NCBI RefSeq assembly: GCF_003918875.1
Contig: NW_025767277.1
Location: forward strand, 124,001 to 188,000
Origin: Haliotis rubra
Lineage: Eukaryota
Direction of reading: 5' to 3'
DNA: 64,000 nucleotides
A program made the position numbers and the translations under genes. Below are positions 38,320 through 50,443 of this stretch, piece after piece (the first letter of the stretch is position 1; each line of letters opens with the position of its first letter). The notes under the pieces were generated by a model that saw only the letters and a list, made by a program, of their open reading frames with translations, did not search any database and was not told where the DNA came from.

Positions 38320-38867
38320 CTGTCAAACAAACAGCAAAATAGCAACAATAGAAAAAATTCTACCGTGAAAATACGTGATTGTGATTGGTTAATTATAGTC
38401 AACCAGAGGTATATAATCAGCTGATACATGTCTCTGATTTTCTACTAATTATTTAAATTTTATCATTTGCCCACCAACGGACACAAATCAAACTACCGAT
38501 CTACGACCATTGATTTTGCTGTCTGAAATTACATATCTGTTATCGCAGATGGATTTAGTGATGATGAGCTTAACCCAATTCTTGCCCAAATCTCAGAAAT
38601 TTTGAATTGTGCTGAAAAGATCCCTTGCTTTCTGAAGGAGAAAATATTCTGAAATCATTTGATTGCGTCAAACTTTTATCATGTCAAAATAGATTAAACT
38701 ATTCACATAATTTCCAGTGCAGTGTTAAACAACAAAGAAACAAGTTTGAAAGCATTCAAGATTATTATTTGACAGTGATTCAGGTATACTAAGTGCTGAA
38801 GAGTGAGTGTGTGAGTTTCGATTTACGCCGTGACAGTACTTTGTCCATCCAAGTTTACTGCACGTTG

Positions 38868-39120
38868 CTGTACCCGCAACTAGGTGATTGCACATATTAA
38901 TGTGGCCACCATGTGGTCATATACCAACGGATTCGTGGGTTCTTTTAAGTACACGGGGCTGTGTACTGTACACTAGGGGTTGAGACAACACTGAAAGAGT
39001 CTGCACACAAAGTTGACTCAAAGGTTTTTACACCTGGTCACAGGTGGGCTCATCCCGACACCTCAGCCTCGCTGGATCACTAGCCTGGCGCCTTAGGCAG
39101 CTCGCCCACCGCGCCCCAAA
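38868..39120 (-). mobile_element. SINE-like fragment, further family
   Basis: Degenerate tRNA-like head at the right end (minus GGGGCGCGGTGGGCGAGCTG...) and GTCAACTTTGTGTGCAGACTC core typical of invertebrate SINEs. Confidence 0.5.
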
Positions 39121-39171
39121 CTGAGGTTCATTCTAACCAGGACCTTCACGGGTAAATGCTAAAGCCATATA

Positions 39172-39490
39172 ATGGACTAGACAGTACAGTATAGACAGTG
39201 GGACTTGTAGTATGGGGGACACATGTATATAAAAGACAAGAAAACACTACATAGTAATACTACAGATATAGAAAGGACTAGACAGTACTATATAGACAGT
39301 GGACTTGTAGTATGGGGGACACGTGTATATAACAGACAAGAAAACACTACATAGTAATATTACAGATATATAAAGGACTAGACAGTACTGTATAGACAGT
39401 GGGACTTGTAGTATGGGGGACACATGTATATAACAGACAAGAAAACACTCCATAGTAATACTACAGATATATAAAGGACTAGACAGTACT
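39172..39490. repeat. About 101-bp tandem repeat, 3 copies
   Basis: GGACTAGACAGTAC recurs at about 39174, 39275, 39375 and 39476. Confidence 0.9.
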
Positions 39491-39516
39491 ACTAGACACA
39501 GGGTAGTTATACACAC

Positions 39517-39658
39517 CCTCCTGTAGTGAGTCAACTCTAGTTGTGGCTGTAGATAGACCACTGTTTATCACCTTGGGCAGGTTGAGTTTCAGCTGGGAGG
39601 TTTCTGTGGCCAGCTGAGCTAGGTCGTTCTTGTGAACCAGCACATAGTCCTTTGGTAC
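39517..39658 (-). CDS. HSF2BP: HSF2BP coding exon 3
   Basis: DYVLVHKNDLAQLATETSQLKLNLPKVIN, similar to human EFVKVRKKDLERLTTEVMQIRDFLPRILN; phase 0 to 1. Confidence 0.9.
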
Positions 39659-40583
39659 CTTGAGAGGAAAGGCTAATGTCTTCATATTATTTATTGGTAC
39701 AAGTGATGTCTAAGGTACATTCAGTAGAAAACTAAAATTTCTGTAACATCATCAAAATATAACTGTTTGTGTTGAAGGTTGAGAATCTACACTATTCTAC
39801 ATAAGTTATAAGTAGTTGAGTGTTGATCCAAACTAAATTGGTATCAACGAGATTTCTAAAAAGGTGAAAGTTTGGGGGGTTGGGGGTGGGCGTGTATGAT
39901 TAATGACACCCATCACTCACCTCTTCCCATGACGTTTAAGCATCATTTTAAAATAAAATTTAATGCCTTTATTATCAAAACTGATCCTTCCCCACTTTGT
40001 GTACAGAATTTGATGACCCCTATACCTCTCCAGAACAAAATTGGTGACCCTCCCCCTTAGAACATCAACCTGTGATCTCCCTAATCACATGAAAAGCTGT
40101 GAAACATATGATTCACTTGTAAAATACGACTGTATCTTAAAGTACAAGTCATCATCCGAATATATATTATAAAATATAGCGTCACACAACAGTGTCAATA
40201 ACACCGCTACACGCGGAGTATCATATGATAAACGCATTTTGTCATGCGATCTGTGGAATTGTTTTGGGTTTTCATTTTTATGTGTTGAAGGGAAGGAGAT
40301 CAAGGACAATATTGATTGGGTTTAAACATATTTTGGGATCGGTAGCCAATCGAAGAAGTATCGTGTGTGTGTATGTTTTCGGACATCATACGTTTTCGGG
40401 CAGCACTATGTAACGATAACGAGGTGTGGTGTGTCGGCATTGTGAACTTTCGGTTTGCACTTAGAATAAGTTATGTGTTATATGTTAGTGAGATGGAATA
40501 TAGTTGTGGTTGAGAGAATGAGAAAACAACCAATGTTTCTCATGCGCATGAGAACATTTACGACTAGAACATAAACCTAAATG

Positions 40584-40791
40584 CAGTGTATGAAATAAGC
40601 CAAAAGTCCAGCCAGACATCAGGGCCGGTAACTTCAAAATGTTACCAGCCCAAAATGGATTTATCCAGACCAGATGTATGGAACATCTAAAATTTTCACT
40701 AGACCATCGGGCTGGCTAGCTGTAAATTTAGACCTTCCGTCAGAAATCTAGACCGTCTCGGGCTGTCGGACGGGCCTTATTCCATACACAG
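40584..40791. mobile_element. hAT-like MITE
   Basis: Termini CAGTGTATGAAATAAG...CTTATTCCATACACAG, CTAAATG on both flanks, internal CGGGCT motifs. Confidence 0.65.
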
Positions 40792-40878
40792 CTAAATGCA
40801 CTGACTTTTCGAGTCTAACCCAAAGCTCCCAACAGTCAAATATTACTGTAGTATTGTTTAACTGTCACTTAGATATAC

Positions 40879-40965
40879 CTGATCCGCCTTGAGTTCTTCC
40901 TGTAGTTTATGCCACTCCCCGAGTAGAGTGTGGTAGTTGTGTGTCACGTCCTCCAGACGGCTCTT
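40879..40965 (-). CDS. HSF2BP: HSF2BP coding exon 2
   Basis: KSRLEDVTHNYHTLLGEWHKLQEELKADQ; 87 nt, phase 0 to 0, AG/GT bounded. No direct homology recognised. Confidence 0.72.
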
Positions 40966-41037
40966 CTGTATACAAGACACAGGCATGTCACTATCCACGA
41001 AACTAAATATGAAACAACGGTTACCGAAACAATAATA

Positions 41038-41217
41038 CAGGGAATGGGATAGAGAACTTGGACAATGGGCCATTTTCAGGATTATTAGCCATTTTCTGAA
41101 TTTAGAAATGTTCACTGCCCTTGTATCAATAGTAAACTTCAATAGTAAAATTTCAATGGGCCATTTTTTATTTTAATGTGCAAAATGGCCCATGGCCCCT
41201 GCCTTTCCCAATCCCTG
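41038..41217 (-). mobile_element. hAT-like MITE, uninterrupted copy
   Basis: CAGGGAATGGGA...TCCCAATCCCTG termini; flanks CAATAATA/CAATATTT. Confidence 0.78.
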
Positions 41218-41259
41218 CAATATTTAATACGCATTTGTCAAGAAATCTTGTTATATTAC

Positions 41260-41331
41260 CATTTCCCTCAAGACCAAATCCTGCTCTTCAACGGTGCCAG
41301 TAGATTGAGTTAGTGCCAAGCAGTCAGTCAT
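41260..41331 (-). CDS. HSF2BP: HSF2BP probable first coding exon
   Basis: ATG at 41331, MTDCLALTQSTGTVEEQDLVLREM, phase-0 donor ATG|GTAATA. It is the nearest in-frame start and gives a 374-aa ORF. Confidence 0.6.
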
Positions 41332-42101
41332 TGTGAACAAGGAAGGCGTTTCTGAAGATTTCACGAAAAACGTCTGCTCTCTAGAATTATCTCCCTTCGT
41401 ACAGGGAGGCAACTCTGTTCCGTTGATGGTCGCTAAATAAAAGCGTTTTGCGCTTTTTCGCATCACCGTTAACTGTGTATTAATTTATATCTTAATGATA
41501 AGTTTCATACTTTTTGTTTGTAAGTTGATTAGGTTCTATTTGCAACAATACGATAAGCACCTTATCAAATGACATCATAACTATGTATGATTTCGTTTGT
41601 CACCATTTCAAAATCCTACACATCCTATATATTAGATGATTCGATTTTTTAAGGTGCTCGTGGTTATTATATGATTGTATGAAATAGGTGAAATGTAAAC
41701 CCGTGTTTAGTCAGGTAGTGTGTATTACAAATAATACAGGAGGAATGTTTATAGCCTTAAGAATGATCTTAACATTGTGTATTTATGATATTCACTTTGG
41801 TAATATTTAATTCAATTTACATGTTAAATCTAGTTAAGACATGTTTTAGTATCCTGTGGAAAAGTGATAGCCGAGTCCACCACACCCTCTGGTTTACTGA
41901 TTACGATTCTCCATTTAGACGCTTTTCAGATGTTTTCAACCATTATGTATTGGTTGTGAAATACCGAAAACTTGATCTTACAAACGTTGATACAGTTCAT
42001 TTGCTCAACACTTTGACGAAGTTTGGTGGGAGTTCAAGTTTGAAAAAATAAACCCCATAATGTACATGCATCATACTGGAAGAGAAATGAGATAATCTGT
42101 T

Positions 42102-42141
<40 letters not shown>

Positions 42142-43198
42142 CGTGTGCGTATGTTTTGGTACGTGTGAAGACTTCTGTCGGTTTCATGGAGCAGGCCACG
42201 AGAGAAACATACAGTCAGCAGTTTAACATGGTTGTCCCTGTCAGACACCTGTGGGGGACCGTCTGCAGAAAGATAATCACATAATGCCAGGACCAATTTA
42301 TGTTTTCGGGAGTAAGTTTATCTATGTACCTCAATCCATATGCAACTTCTGAGTAGTTTGTCGTATCTTTGTACATTGCATTACATTCGCAACTCGCCCC
42401 TTTAAGTAACCTCCAAGAAGACATAAATGATAGGTAATGTTTTTTTACGAAGATACGCCAAACCAATCAGAATGAGCTTGAGGTATGAGGTATTTTGATA
42501 AAAAATCCTGTTTACTTAAAACTGTTCTAGCTTTATGTGATTGTTTAACAAATCCTGAAAAGTATATGTCGTCATTTTGACAGAATTGTGTTGGCTGATT
42601 TGAAGTTTTAATAAGGACCGGCTCATGAACAGCGAGAGGTTTAATTACGCACATGCGTTTATTTACAAAACGACCATGATGCCGAGTAAATGTTTTCAGA
42701 GGATTGTTTTGGAGATTTTACGTGCGCTTCCCGCTACGATGCGCATACGGTCCGACGATCTACTAGTATATGGTATTTCCACGTGTATTTCATTTTTATA
42801 ACCATGTTGACATGTAGCAAGAGATTACAAATATTTTTAAGCAATGTAATCACGAACAACTAGGAGTTGTCAAGACAAAATATTCATACATAACTACCCG
42901 ATTTTGATCCCAAACATTGCGTGTACAGTTTCACTGAACTTGGGGTATTTTAGTCGGACATTTTGGGGGTCATTCGTATTTTTTTAGCGTTTTCATTTAT
43001 ACATATTCATGTCCGTTTGCCTACTGCGTTTGTGATAATATACGGCATTTCATTGGATGTAGTTTCTTTAATGTGTATATTGACCTTCAATTTTCAATAC
43101 ATCACTCCAGATATTGATCTCAACTTTGTGTGTATTCATGCCATCGTTACATTGAGACTTAGAGCAAGGACCTGTCGTAAAGCAACAGGTTGATGAAA

Positions 43199-45703
43199 CC
43201 CATCAATATGTTCCTTCAGTCCATCAATATGTTCCTTCGGTCCATCAATAGGTTCATTCAGTCCATCAATAGATTCATTCAGTCCATCAATAGGTTCTTT
43301 CAGTCCATCAGTAGGTTCCTTCCGTCCATCAATAGGTTCATTCACGCATTCAGTCCATCAAATGGTTCATCAGTCCATCAATATGATAATTCAGTCCATC
43401 AATTGGTTCATTCAGTCCAGCAATAGGTTCATCAGTCCAGCAATAGGTTCATTCACGCATTCAGTCCATCAGTTGGTTCATTCAGTCCATCAATAGGTTC
43501 ATTCACTCCATCAATTGGTTCATTCACTCCAGCAATAGCAGTCCATCGATAGGTTCATTCAGTCCATCAATAGGTTCATTCACGCATTCAGTCCATCAAT
43601 AGGTTCATTCAGTCCAGCAATAGGATAATTCAGTCCATCAATTGGTTCATTCAGTCCAGCAATAGGTTCATCAGTCCATCAATAGGTTCATTCACGCATT
43701 CAGTCCATCAGTAGGTTCATTCAGTCCAGCAATAGGTTCATTCAGTCCATCAATAGGTTCTATTCAGTCCAGCAATAGGTTCATTCAGTCCAGCAATAGG
43801 TTCATCAGTCCAGCAATAGGTTCTATTCACGCATTCAGTCCATCAATAGGTTCATTCAGTCCATCAATAGGATAACTCAGTCCATCAATTGGTTCCTTCA
43901 CTCCAGCAATAGGTTCATTCAGTCCATCAATAGGTTCATTCACTCCAGCAATGGGTTCATTCAGTCCATCAATTGGTTCATTCACTCCAGCAATAGGTTC
44001 ATTCAGTCCATCAATAGGTTCATTCACTCCAGCAATAGGTTCATTCACTCCAGCAATTGGTTCTATTCAGTCCAGCAATAGGTCTTCATTCGCATTCAGT
44101 CCAGCAATAGGTTCATTCAGTCCATCAATTGGTCTATTCAGTCCAGCTAATGGGTTCATCAGTCAATCAATAGGTTCATCAGTCCAGCAATAGCTTCATT
44201 CAGTCCAGCAATAGGTTCATTCAGTCCAGCAATTGGTTCATTCAGTCCAGCAATAGGTTCATTCAGTCCAGCAATAGGTTCATCAGTCCATCAATTGGTT
44301 CATTCTAGTCCAGCAATAGGTTCATTCACGCATTCAGTCCAGCAATAGGTTCATTCAGTCCATCAATTAGTTCATTTCACTCCAGCAATAGGTTCATCAG
44401 TCCATCAATAGGTTCATTCAGTCCATCAATTGGGTTCATTCAGTCCATCAATTGGTTCATTCAGTCCAACAATAGGTTCATCAGTCCATCAATAGGTTCA
44501 TTCAGTCCATCAATTGGTTCATTCAGTCCATCAATTGGTTCATTCAGTCCATCAATAGGTTCATTCAGTCCATCAATAGGTTCATCAGTCCATCAATAGG
44601 TTCATCAGTCCATCAATAGGTTCATTCAGTCCAGCAATAGGTTCATCAGTCCATCAATAGGTTCATCAGTCCATCAATAGGTTCATTCAGTCAAGCAATA
44701 GGTTCATCAGTCCAGCAATAGGTTCCTTCCGTCCATCAATTGGTTCATTCAGTCCAGCAATAGGTTCATTCACGCATTCAGTCCAGCAATAGGTTCATTC
44801 AGTCCAGCAATAGGTTCATTCAGTCCAGCAATAGGTTCATCAGTCCATCAATAGGTTCATCAGTCCAGCAATAGGTTCATTCAGTCCAACAATAGGTTCA
44901 TTCACGCATTCAGTCCAGCAATAGGTTCATTCAGTCCAGCAATAGGTTCATTCAGTCCAGAAATAGGTTCATCAGTCCATCAATAGGTTCATCAGTCCAG
45001 CAATAGGTTCATTCAGTCCAGCAATAGGTTCATTCACGCATTCAGTCCAGCAATAGGTTCATTCAGTCCATCAGTAGGTTCATTCACTCCAGCAATAGGT
45101 TCATCAGTCCATCAATTGGTTCATTCAGTCCAGCAATAGGTTCATTCACGCATTCAGTCCAGCAATAGGTTCATATTCAGTCCAGCAATAGGTTCATCAG
45201 TCCATCAATAGGTTCATCAGTCCATCAATAGGTTCATCAGTCCATCAATAGGTTCATTCAGTCCAGCAATAGGTTCATCAGTCCAGCAATAGGTTCATTC
45301 AGTCCAGCAATAGGTTCATTCAGTCCAGCAATGGGTTCATTCAGTCCAGCAATAGGTTCATTCAGTCAATCAATAGGTTCATTCACGCATTCAGTCCATC
45401 AATAGGTTCATCAGTCCAGCAATAGGTTCATTCACTCCAGCAATAGGTTCATCAGTCCATCAATAGGTTCATTCAGTCCAGCAATAGGTTCATTCACGCA
45501 TTCAGTCCAGCAATAGGTTCATTCAGTCCATCAATTGGTTCAGTCCATCAATAGGTTCATTCACGCCAGCAATAGGTTCATCAGTCCAGCAATAGGTTCA
45601 TTCACGCATTCAGTCCATCAGTTGGTTCATTCAGTCCATCAATAGGTTCATTCACGTTATCAATTGGTTCATTCTGTCCATCAATAGGACCATTCAGTCC
45701 AGC
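43199..45703. repeat. 21-bp minisatellite array (20- and 29-bp variants), about 2.5 kb
   Basis: Unit CAGTCCATCAATAGGTTCATT; reads LNEPIDG on the minus strand. Confidence 0.95.
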
Positions 45704-45918
45704 AGGGCGAGCTGTGATATGGGTCCCTTGGATGTTATTGGGCACATTGGCAGTCACCTTGTGCGTGACAACACTCTCTACAGTGAACATTGCGTGTAAA
45801 CACTGCAGTGGTCACACTTTAGCCGTAGGAAGCCGGGGATCGGGGTTCGAATCCTCGATAGTCACCTGATTATGACGCTTGGCTTATACGTGTGCTGGTG
45901 AACCTACTGTTCTCCTTT

Positions 45919-46088
45919 GTGAGTGAGTGAGTGAGTGTGGTTTTACGCCGCTTTTAGCAATATTCGAGCAATATCACAGCGGGGGACACCAGAAATTGGT
46001 TTGACACATTGTGCCCATCTGTGGAATCAAACCCGGGTCTTCGGTGTGTCGAGCGAATGTTTTAACCACTAGGCCACTCCACCGCCCC
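45919..46088 (-). mobile_element. SINE family A copy
   Basis: Full family A sequence lying between two diverged copies of a 140-bp segment (45780-45920 and 46093-46235). Confidence 0.85.
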
Positions 46089-46265
46089 TCTTTATAGTGA
46101 ACATTGCGTGTAAACACCGCAGTGGAAATACTTCAGCAGTACTTGAAGCCGTGGATCGGGGTTCGAATCCCAGAAAGACACTTGAGTATGACACTTGGCA
46201 TATACCTGTGTTGGTGAACCTACTGCTCTCCTTTGTGTATTCCCAGGGAGCAATCTGACGCTCTG

Positions 46266-46373
46266 GGCCCCGTTCCTCAAAGCGATCGTAGAGCTAAGAT
46301 GATCGTAACTCCCATACTTTAACATAGACTTACGACAGTCGTAGCGCTACGATCGCTTTGAGGAACAGAGGCT
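46266..46373. mobile_element. PIF/Harbinger-like MITE
   Basis: About 26-bp TIRs GGCCCCGTTCCTCAAAGCGATCGTAG, 3-bp TSD CTG. Confidence 0.8.
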
Positions 46374-47314
46374 CTGGTAAGTACAGTGTACAAAGTAGTA
46401 GCGTTAACCCAAGCAGCTAACACCTGACGTCACATGGGGTTCACCATCCCGCTGTAGGTGATGATTCACTTATTTGTCAACGCATAGGTGTTTGTGTGTA
46501 TTCAGTTTTGTGACCTTAAACAAACGTTGGACAGATGTTAAAAACACAAAAATAATATAGCGTCCATTTAGATTTAGCTTTAATCCGGCTCATTCAAAAT
46601 ATTGCTGACTAGGACACATGATTCCTCAGTCCTCAGCGCCTGACTCCACCTACAAATCGAACAAACACATTTTATCCTCTCAGAAAAGTCCAAAAGATAC
46701 ACAAACTGGAAATGCAGTATTGATTTCCTTTCCCCATTAAAATCATAAAAGTAATTTATATAAGAAGTCGTGTAACTCATTACGTGATATATTGGGTGGT
46801 AGACGAGTTTGCCGGCTCAGCGTTAACATGCAGCAGACAATCTTGGCTGTTGTCCTAGCACTGACCAGTAGTGCACTCATTTAACAACTGACGGATTTTG
46901 ATATTTCGTGTTACCGAGTGGGTTCCACAACCTCACCCGAGTGACATCCAGCTGCGCTCCAACCAGGTTGTTGTTATCCTGGACGTCAAACTGGTACGAT
47001 CCGTGGAGGGGGAGGGTGTTGAACAGAGCCGAAGCAATACGCTGAAATGGGATATAGGTCGTATGATTCTGTTGGAAGAGCTGGAACTCAGAGACACTTC
47101 ATACATATTTCCTTAATCTTTCCACTGCTCATTCTTTAAGGTTTCAGACGACCCTACTGGTTATAGTCTGTTTGGCTCAAACACGGACCGATGAATTGCA
47201 ATCTAACTCGAAAACTAATAAACATATTATACGCAATGAAACACTGATCATAATCAAAACATCAGACTAACTCTGTGATTTATTTGCAGAATTTATGTCC
47301 TAAAAACAAAAAAA

Positions 47315-48490
47315 GTTGTTTAACAAACTATCATTAAAATTTTGCCATTGTTCACTATTTGCAGAGACCATATAATAGAGGGACGGCCCTCCCGAACAGT
47401 TTATCACTAACCATCAGCGCTACGGCCTGGAATGTAACTGATACACATCGACACCCTGCTGCTAACTTCCCTCTACCAGTACACATGCGCAACAGATGCG
47501 CAGGCATTTCGCAAATGAGCACTCTGGTAACCACGTAAACAATATTGCGTAATATCCGGGCCGAGAGTTAATTCCCTTAGCGGGATTTCACCGGCTGCGT
47601 TTGACAGTTAAACATTACATGGACCAATAAACTGATTACAATAATCTTAATTTTTATCTTATCTCTCATTTGCACATGTCAACTGACAACATCGCAGAAT
47701 ATGTATCATTCGCGAAATGCGTGTCGTCATAAGCCTGGAATATTTGTTTCAACATTCGGCATGGCCATGGACGACTTAATTCATTCACTGGGATGATTCC
47801 GACTTGGACCCTCGATACAGACTACGACAGGACAGAGAATATAAACCAAAATACAAAAATCAAACTAACCCAGTCAGGTAAAGGCAGTTTTAACATTACA
47901 GTTGCCAATATCCCCGATGCTCGCTAAACGTATCATCACATGGCTAATCTCAAGATTTACTTGCAAGTATTCGTTGGCACAAAACGAGGGTGTGGTCAAG
48001 CAGTCGATGAAAGTAAAAATTCCCGCGAATTTATAAAGAATGTGCAGATTTGCAAGCGTTGGCCAATCAGAGGACTTGCTTCGACCACACCCCTGTTGTG
48101 TGCGGACATATCGTCATCCATTTGTGTCAAGATCGTTTAGTTGAGAGTCAAAATCGGTTTTCAATCGACTTGCAGAAATAACAATAAAGAGGTGGTAGGT
48201 GTCAGAGTGTTGCTAGATAGGCCAATCATCCATGATTATGTTCACATAAAGTTTTAATCGATTGCATCTATTATATGGTCTCTGTTCACTATTTGTTACG
48301 AAGGAGGAGTGCAAAGAAAGGGACAGCGAGGTGTGCGAGAAAGGGTGGAGACGGCACTGCACAGGTTAATAAATCAATAACTTTGTCGGCACTTGTGCAC
48401 GTGCTCTCCGAACACATTGCTGTCCCTTTCTCTGCACTCCTCGCTACATAGTGAACTGTGTCAAAATTTTAATGATAGTTTGTTAACAAC
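47315..48490. mobile_element. Palindromic MITE interrupted by a younger TIR element
   Basis: Arm TAACAAACTATCATTAAAATTTT..GTTCACTA|..GAGGAGTGCA.AGAAAGGGACAGC pairs with 48418-48490. Confidence 0.7.
47362..48284. mobile_element. Non-autonomous DNA transposon with 18-bp TIRs and 11-bp TSD
   Basis: CAGAGACCATATAATAGA...TCTATTATATGGTCTCTG; TTCACTATTTG at 47351-47361 and 48285-48295. Confidence 0.88.
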
Positions 48491-48498
48491 TTTCCTAC

Positions 48499-48751
48499 CT
48501 TCATTGATTGACAGTTGGGCTGATGTAATTTCCTCACTAACTCTGTATGTATATTCCCCCTCGTCATGACGCTGGACATCTGTGACAGTCACGTGACGGT
48601 CCCTGCCACTGACACAGATCTGGGTTTTCCCGCAGCGTGACGTCATCACTCGTCCACTCGCCGGCCTCCACAGTGTCATCACGTAACCTCAGCCTGAATG
48701 TGGCCGAGCCTCCCAGCATCACTTCCTGGTTCTCCAGACCAAGCTCTATAC
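48499..48751 (-). pseudogene. Ig I-set (titin/obscurin-like) exon with internal frameshift
   Basis: GIELGLENQEVMLGGSATF...GEWTSDDVTL in one frame, KTQICVSG...TDVQRHDEGEYTY in another; 253 nt between phase-1 splice sites. Confidence 0.75.
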
Positions 48752-48949
48752 CTGGTTGTGTGTTATTGAAACAAAAGTAATTTGTTTTTATCTTTGTTTT
48801 CTAAAGACTGAGATAAAATGAAAGTAGCATTTCAAAGGGGGAGTTTGGTTTAACGTCACTTTGCCGAGCAGCTACTTCGCTCTGTGTGATGTATACAGAA
48901 CACCGTGCTATATGTAAATATGACAGTGACGAAATAAGTGCTCTTAGCC

Positions 48950-49795
48950 TCAAGTCACATGGTCGTCGTGTGGTCTCTTGATGTGGTCCTCATGTGTCGT
49001 TAAGTGGTCACATGGTCGTCCTGCTTCGTCGTGTGGTTCTCATGTGACGGTATGTGGTCATTTGATCTCTGTGTGTCGTCGTGTGGTCCTCATGTGTCGT
49101 TAAGTGGTCACATGGTCGGCCTGTCTCGTCGTGTGGTCTCTTGATGTGGTCCTCATGTGTCGTTAAGTGGTCACATGGTCGGCCTGTCTCGTCGTGTGGT
49201 CTCTTGATGTGGTCCTCATGTGTCGTTAAGTGGTCACATGGTCGGCCTGTCTCGTCGTGTGGTCTCTTGATGTGGTCCTCATGTGTCGTTAAGTGGTCAC
49301 ATGGTCGGCCTGTCTCGTCGTGTGGTCTCTTGATGTGGTCCTCATGTGTCGTTAAGTGGTCACATGGTCGGCCTGTCTCGTCGTGTGGTCTCTTGATGTG
49401 GTCCTCATGTGTCGTTAAGTAGTCACATGGTCGGCCTGTCTCGTCGTGTGGTCTCTTGATGTGGTCCTCATGTGTCGTTAAGTGGTCACATGGTCGGCCT
49501 GTCTCGTCGTGTGGTCTCTTGATGTGGTCCTCATGTGTCGTTAAGTGGTCACATGGTCGGACCTGTCTCGTCGTGTGGTCTCTTGATGTGGTCCTCATGT
49601 GTCGTTAAGTAGTCACATGGTCGGCCTGTCTCGTCGTGTGGTCTCTTGATGTGGTCCTCATGTGTCGTTAAGTGGTCACATAGTCGGCCTGCCTCGTCGT
49701 GTGGTTCTCATGTGACGTTATGTGGTCATTTGGTCTCTCTGTGCCGTCGTGTGGTCTTCATAAGTCGTTAAGTGGTCATATTGTCGTCCTGTGTC
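48950..49795. repeat. 63-bp tandem minisatellite, copy 1
   Basis: Unit GTGGTCCTCATGTGTCGTTAAGTGGTCACATGGTCGGCCTGTCTCGTCGTGTGGTCTCTTGAT. Confidence 0.95.
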
Positions 49796-49825
49796 ATCAT
49801 GACCTTATATTGTCATTATCCTTAC

Positions 49826-49888
49826 CTTCTGTTTTTGACGGGATAAACACACCGAGATCATCACACACTTCTAACCCGAGTACCGCTT
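49826..49888 (-). CDS. Putative 63-nt linker exon of the Ig-repeat gene
   Basis: ATTCCTATAG acceptor and G|GTAAGG donor, phase 1 to 1, EAVLGLEVCDDLGVFIPSKTE; joins the two Ig exons in frame. Confidence 0.55.
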
Positions 49889-50188
49889 CTATAGGAATGA
49901 TAACACACACATGACCATCAGCATTAAATATATACATATTGGTCACCTGTCAGTGGAAACAATAATATTATATACGTGATGAGCGTTTCTTAAATTTTAG
50001 AAATTCTTGACATAATTTCTGTACGAGGAATCTTTTAGGGTTCGTCACATGTTCAATGTTTTCGCGGATGTTGCACATGCCATGTTAACCTTTGTAATAT
50101 AAAAGACCTCATATTCAATGGTTGTTACGGAATTTTCCGCAGCTATAATAGTTGTATGAAATTCAGTTTTATGAATGTTAGATCTTAC

Positions 50189-50443
50189 CTAAATATAAAT
50201 TAGCAGTTGTCTTTTCGTCTCTAAATGTATAGCTATACTTTCCACCGTCCCAGAGCTGTGTGTCAGTGACCACCAGCTGGCGACGTCTACCGTCCACGGA
50301 GATGAGGTACTTGTCGGAGTGAGACAAGGTGACGTCATCCCAAGTCCACTGTCCCTCCTCCGACGGCTCAGTGTGGAGGGTGACACTGAAGGTAGTTGAC
50401 TGACCCAACATGACCATGGCGTCCTCTAGACCGGTCTCCATGA
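50189..50443 (-). CDS. Ig I-set (titin/obscurin-like) domain exon
   Basis: GLEDAMVMLGQSTTFSVTL...GQWTW...KYLISVDGRRRQLVVTDTQLWDGGKYSY; donor G|GTAAGA. Acceptor placed by homology with the 48751 exon (alternative start at 50453). Confidence 0.75.

Noticed and set aside
49008-49598. 196-aa His-rich repeat ORF
   Set aside because: Translation of the 63-bp satellite lying within an intron of the Ig gene.
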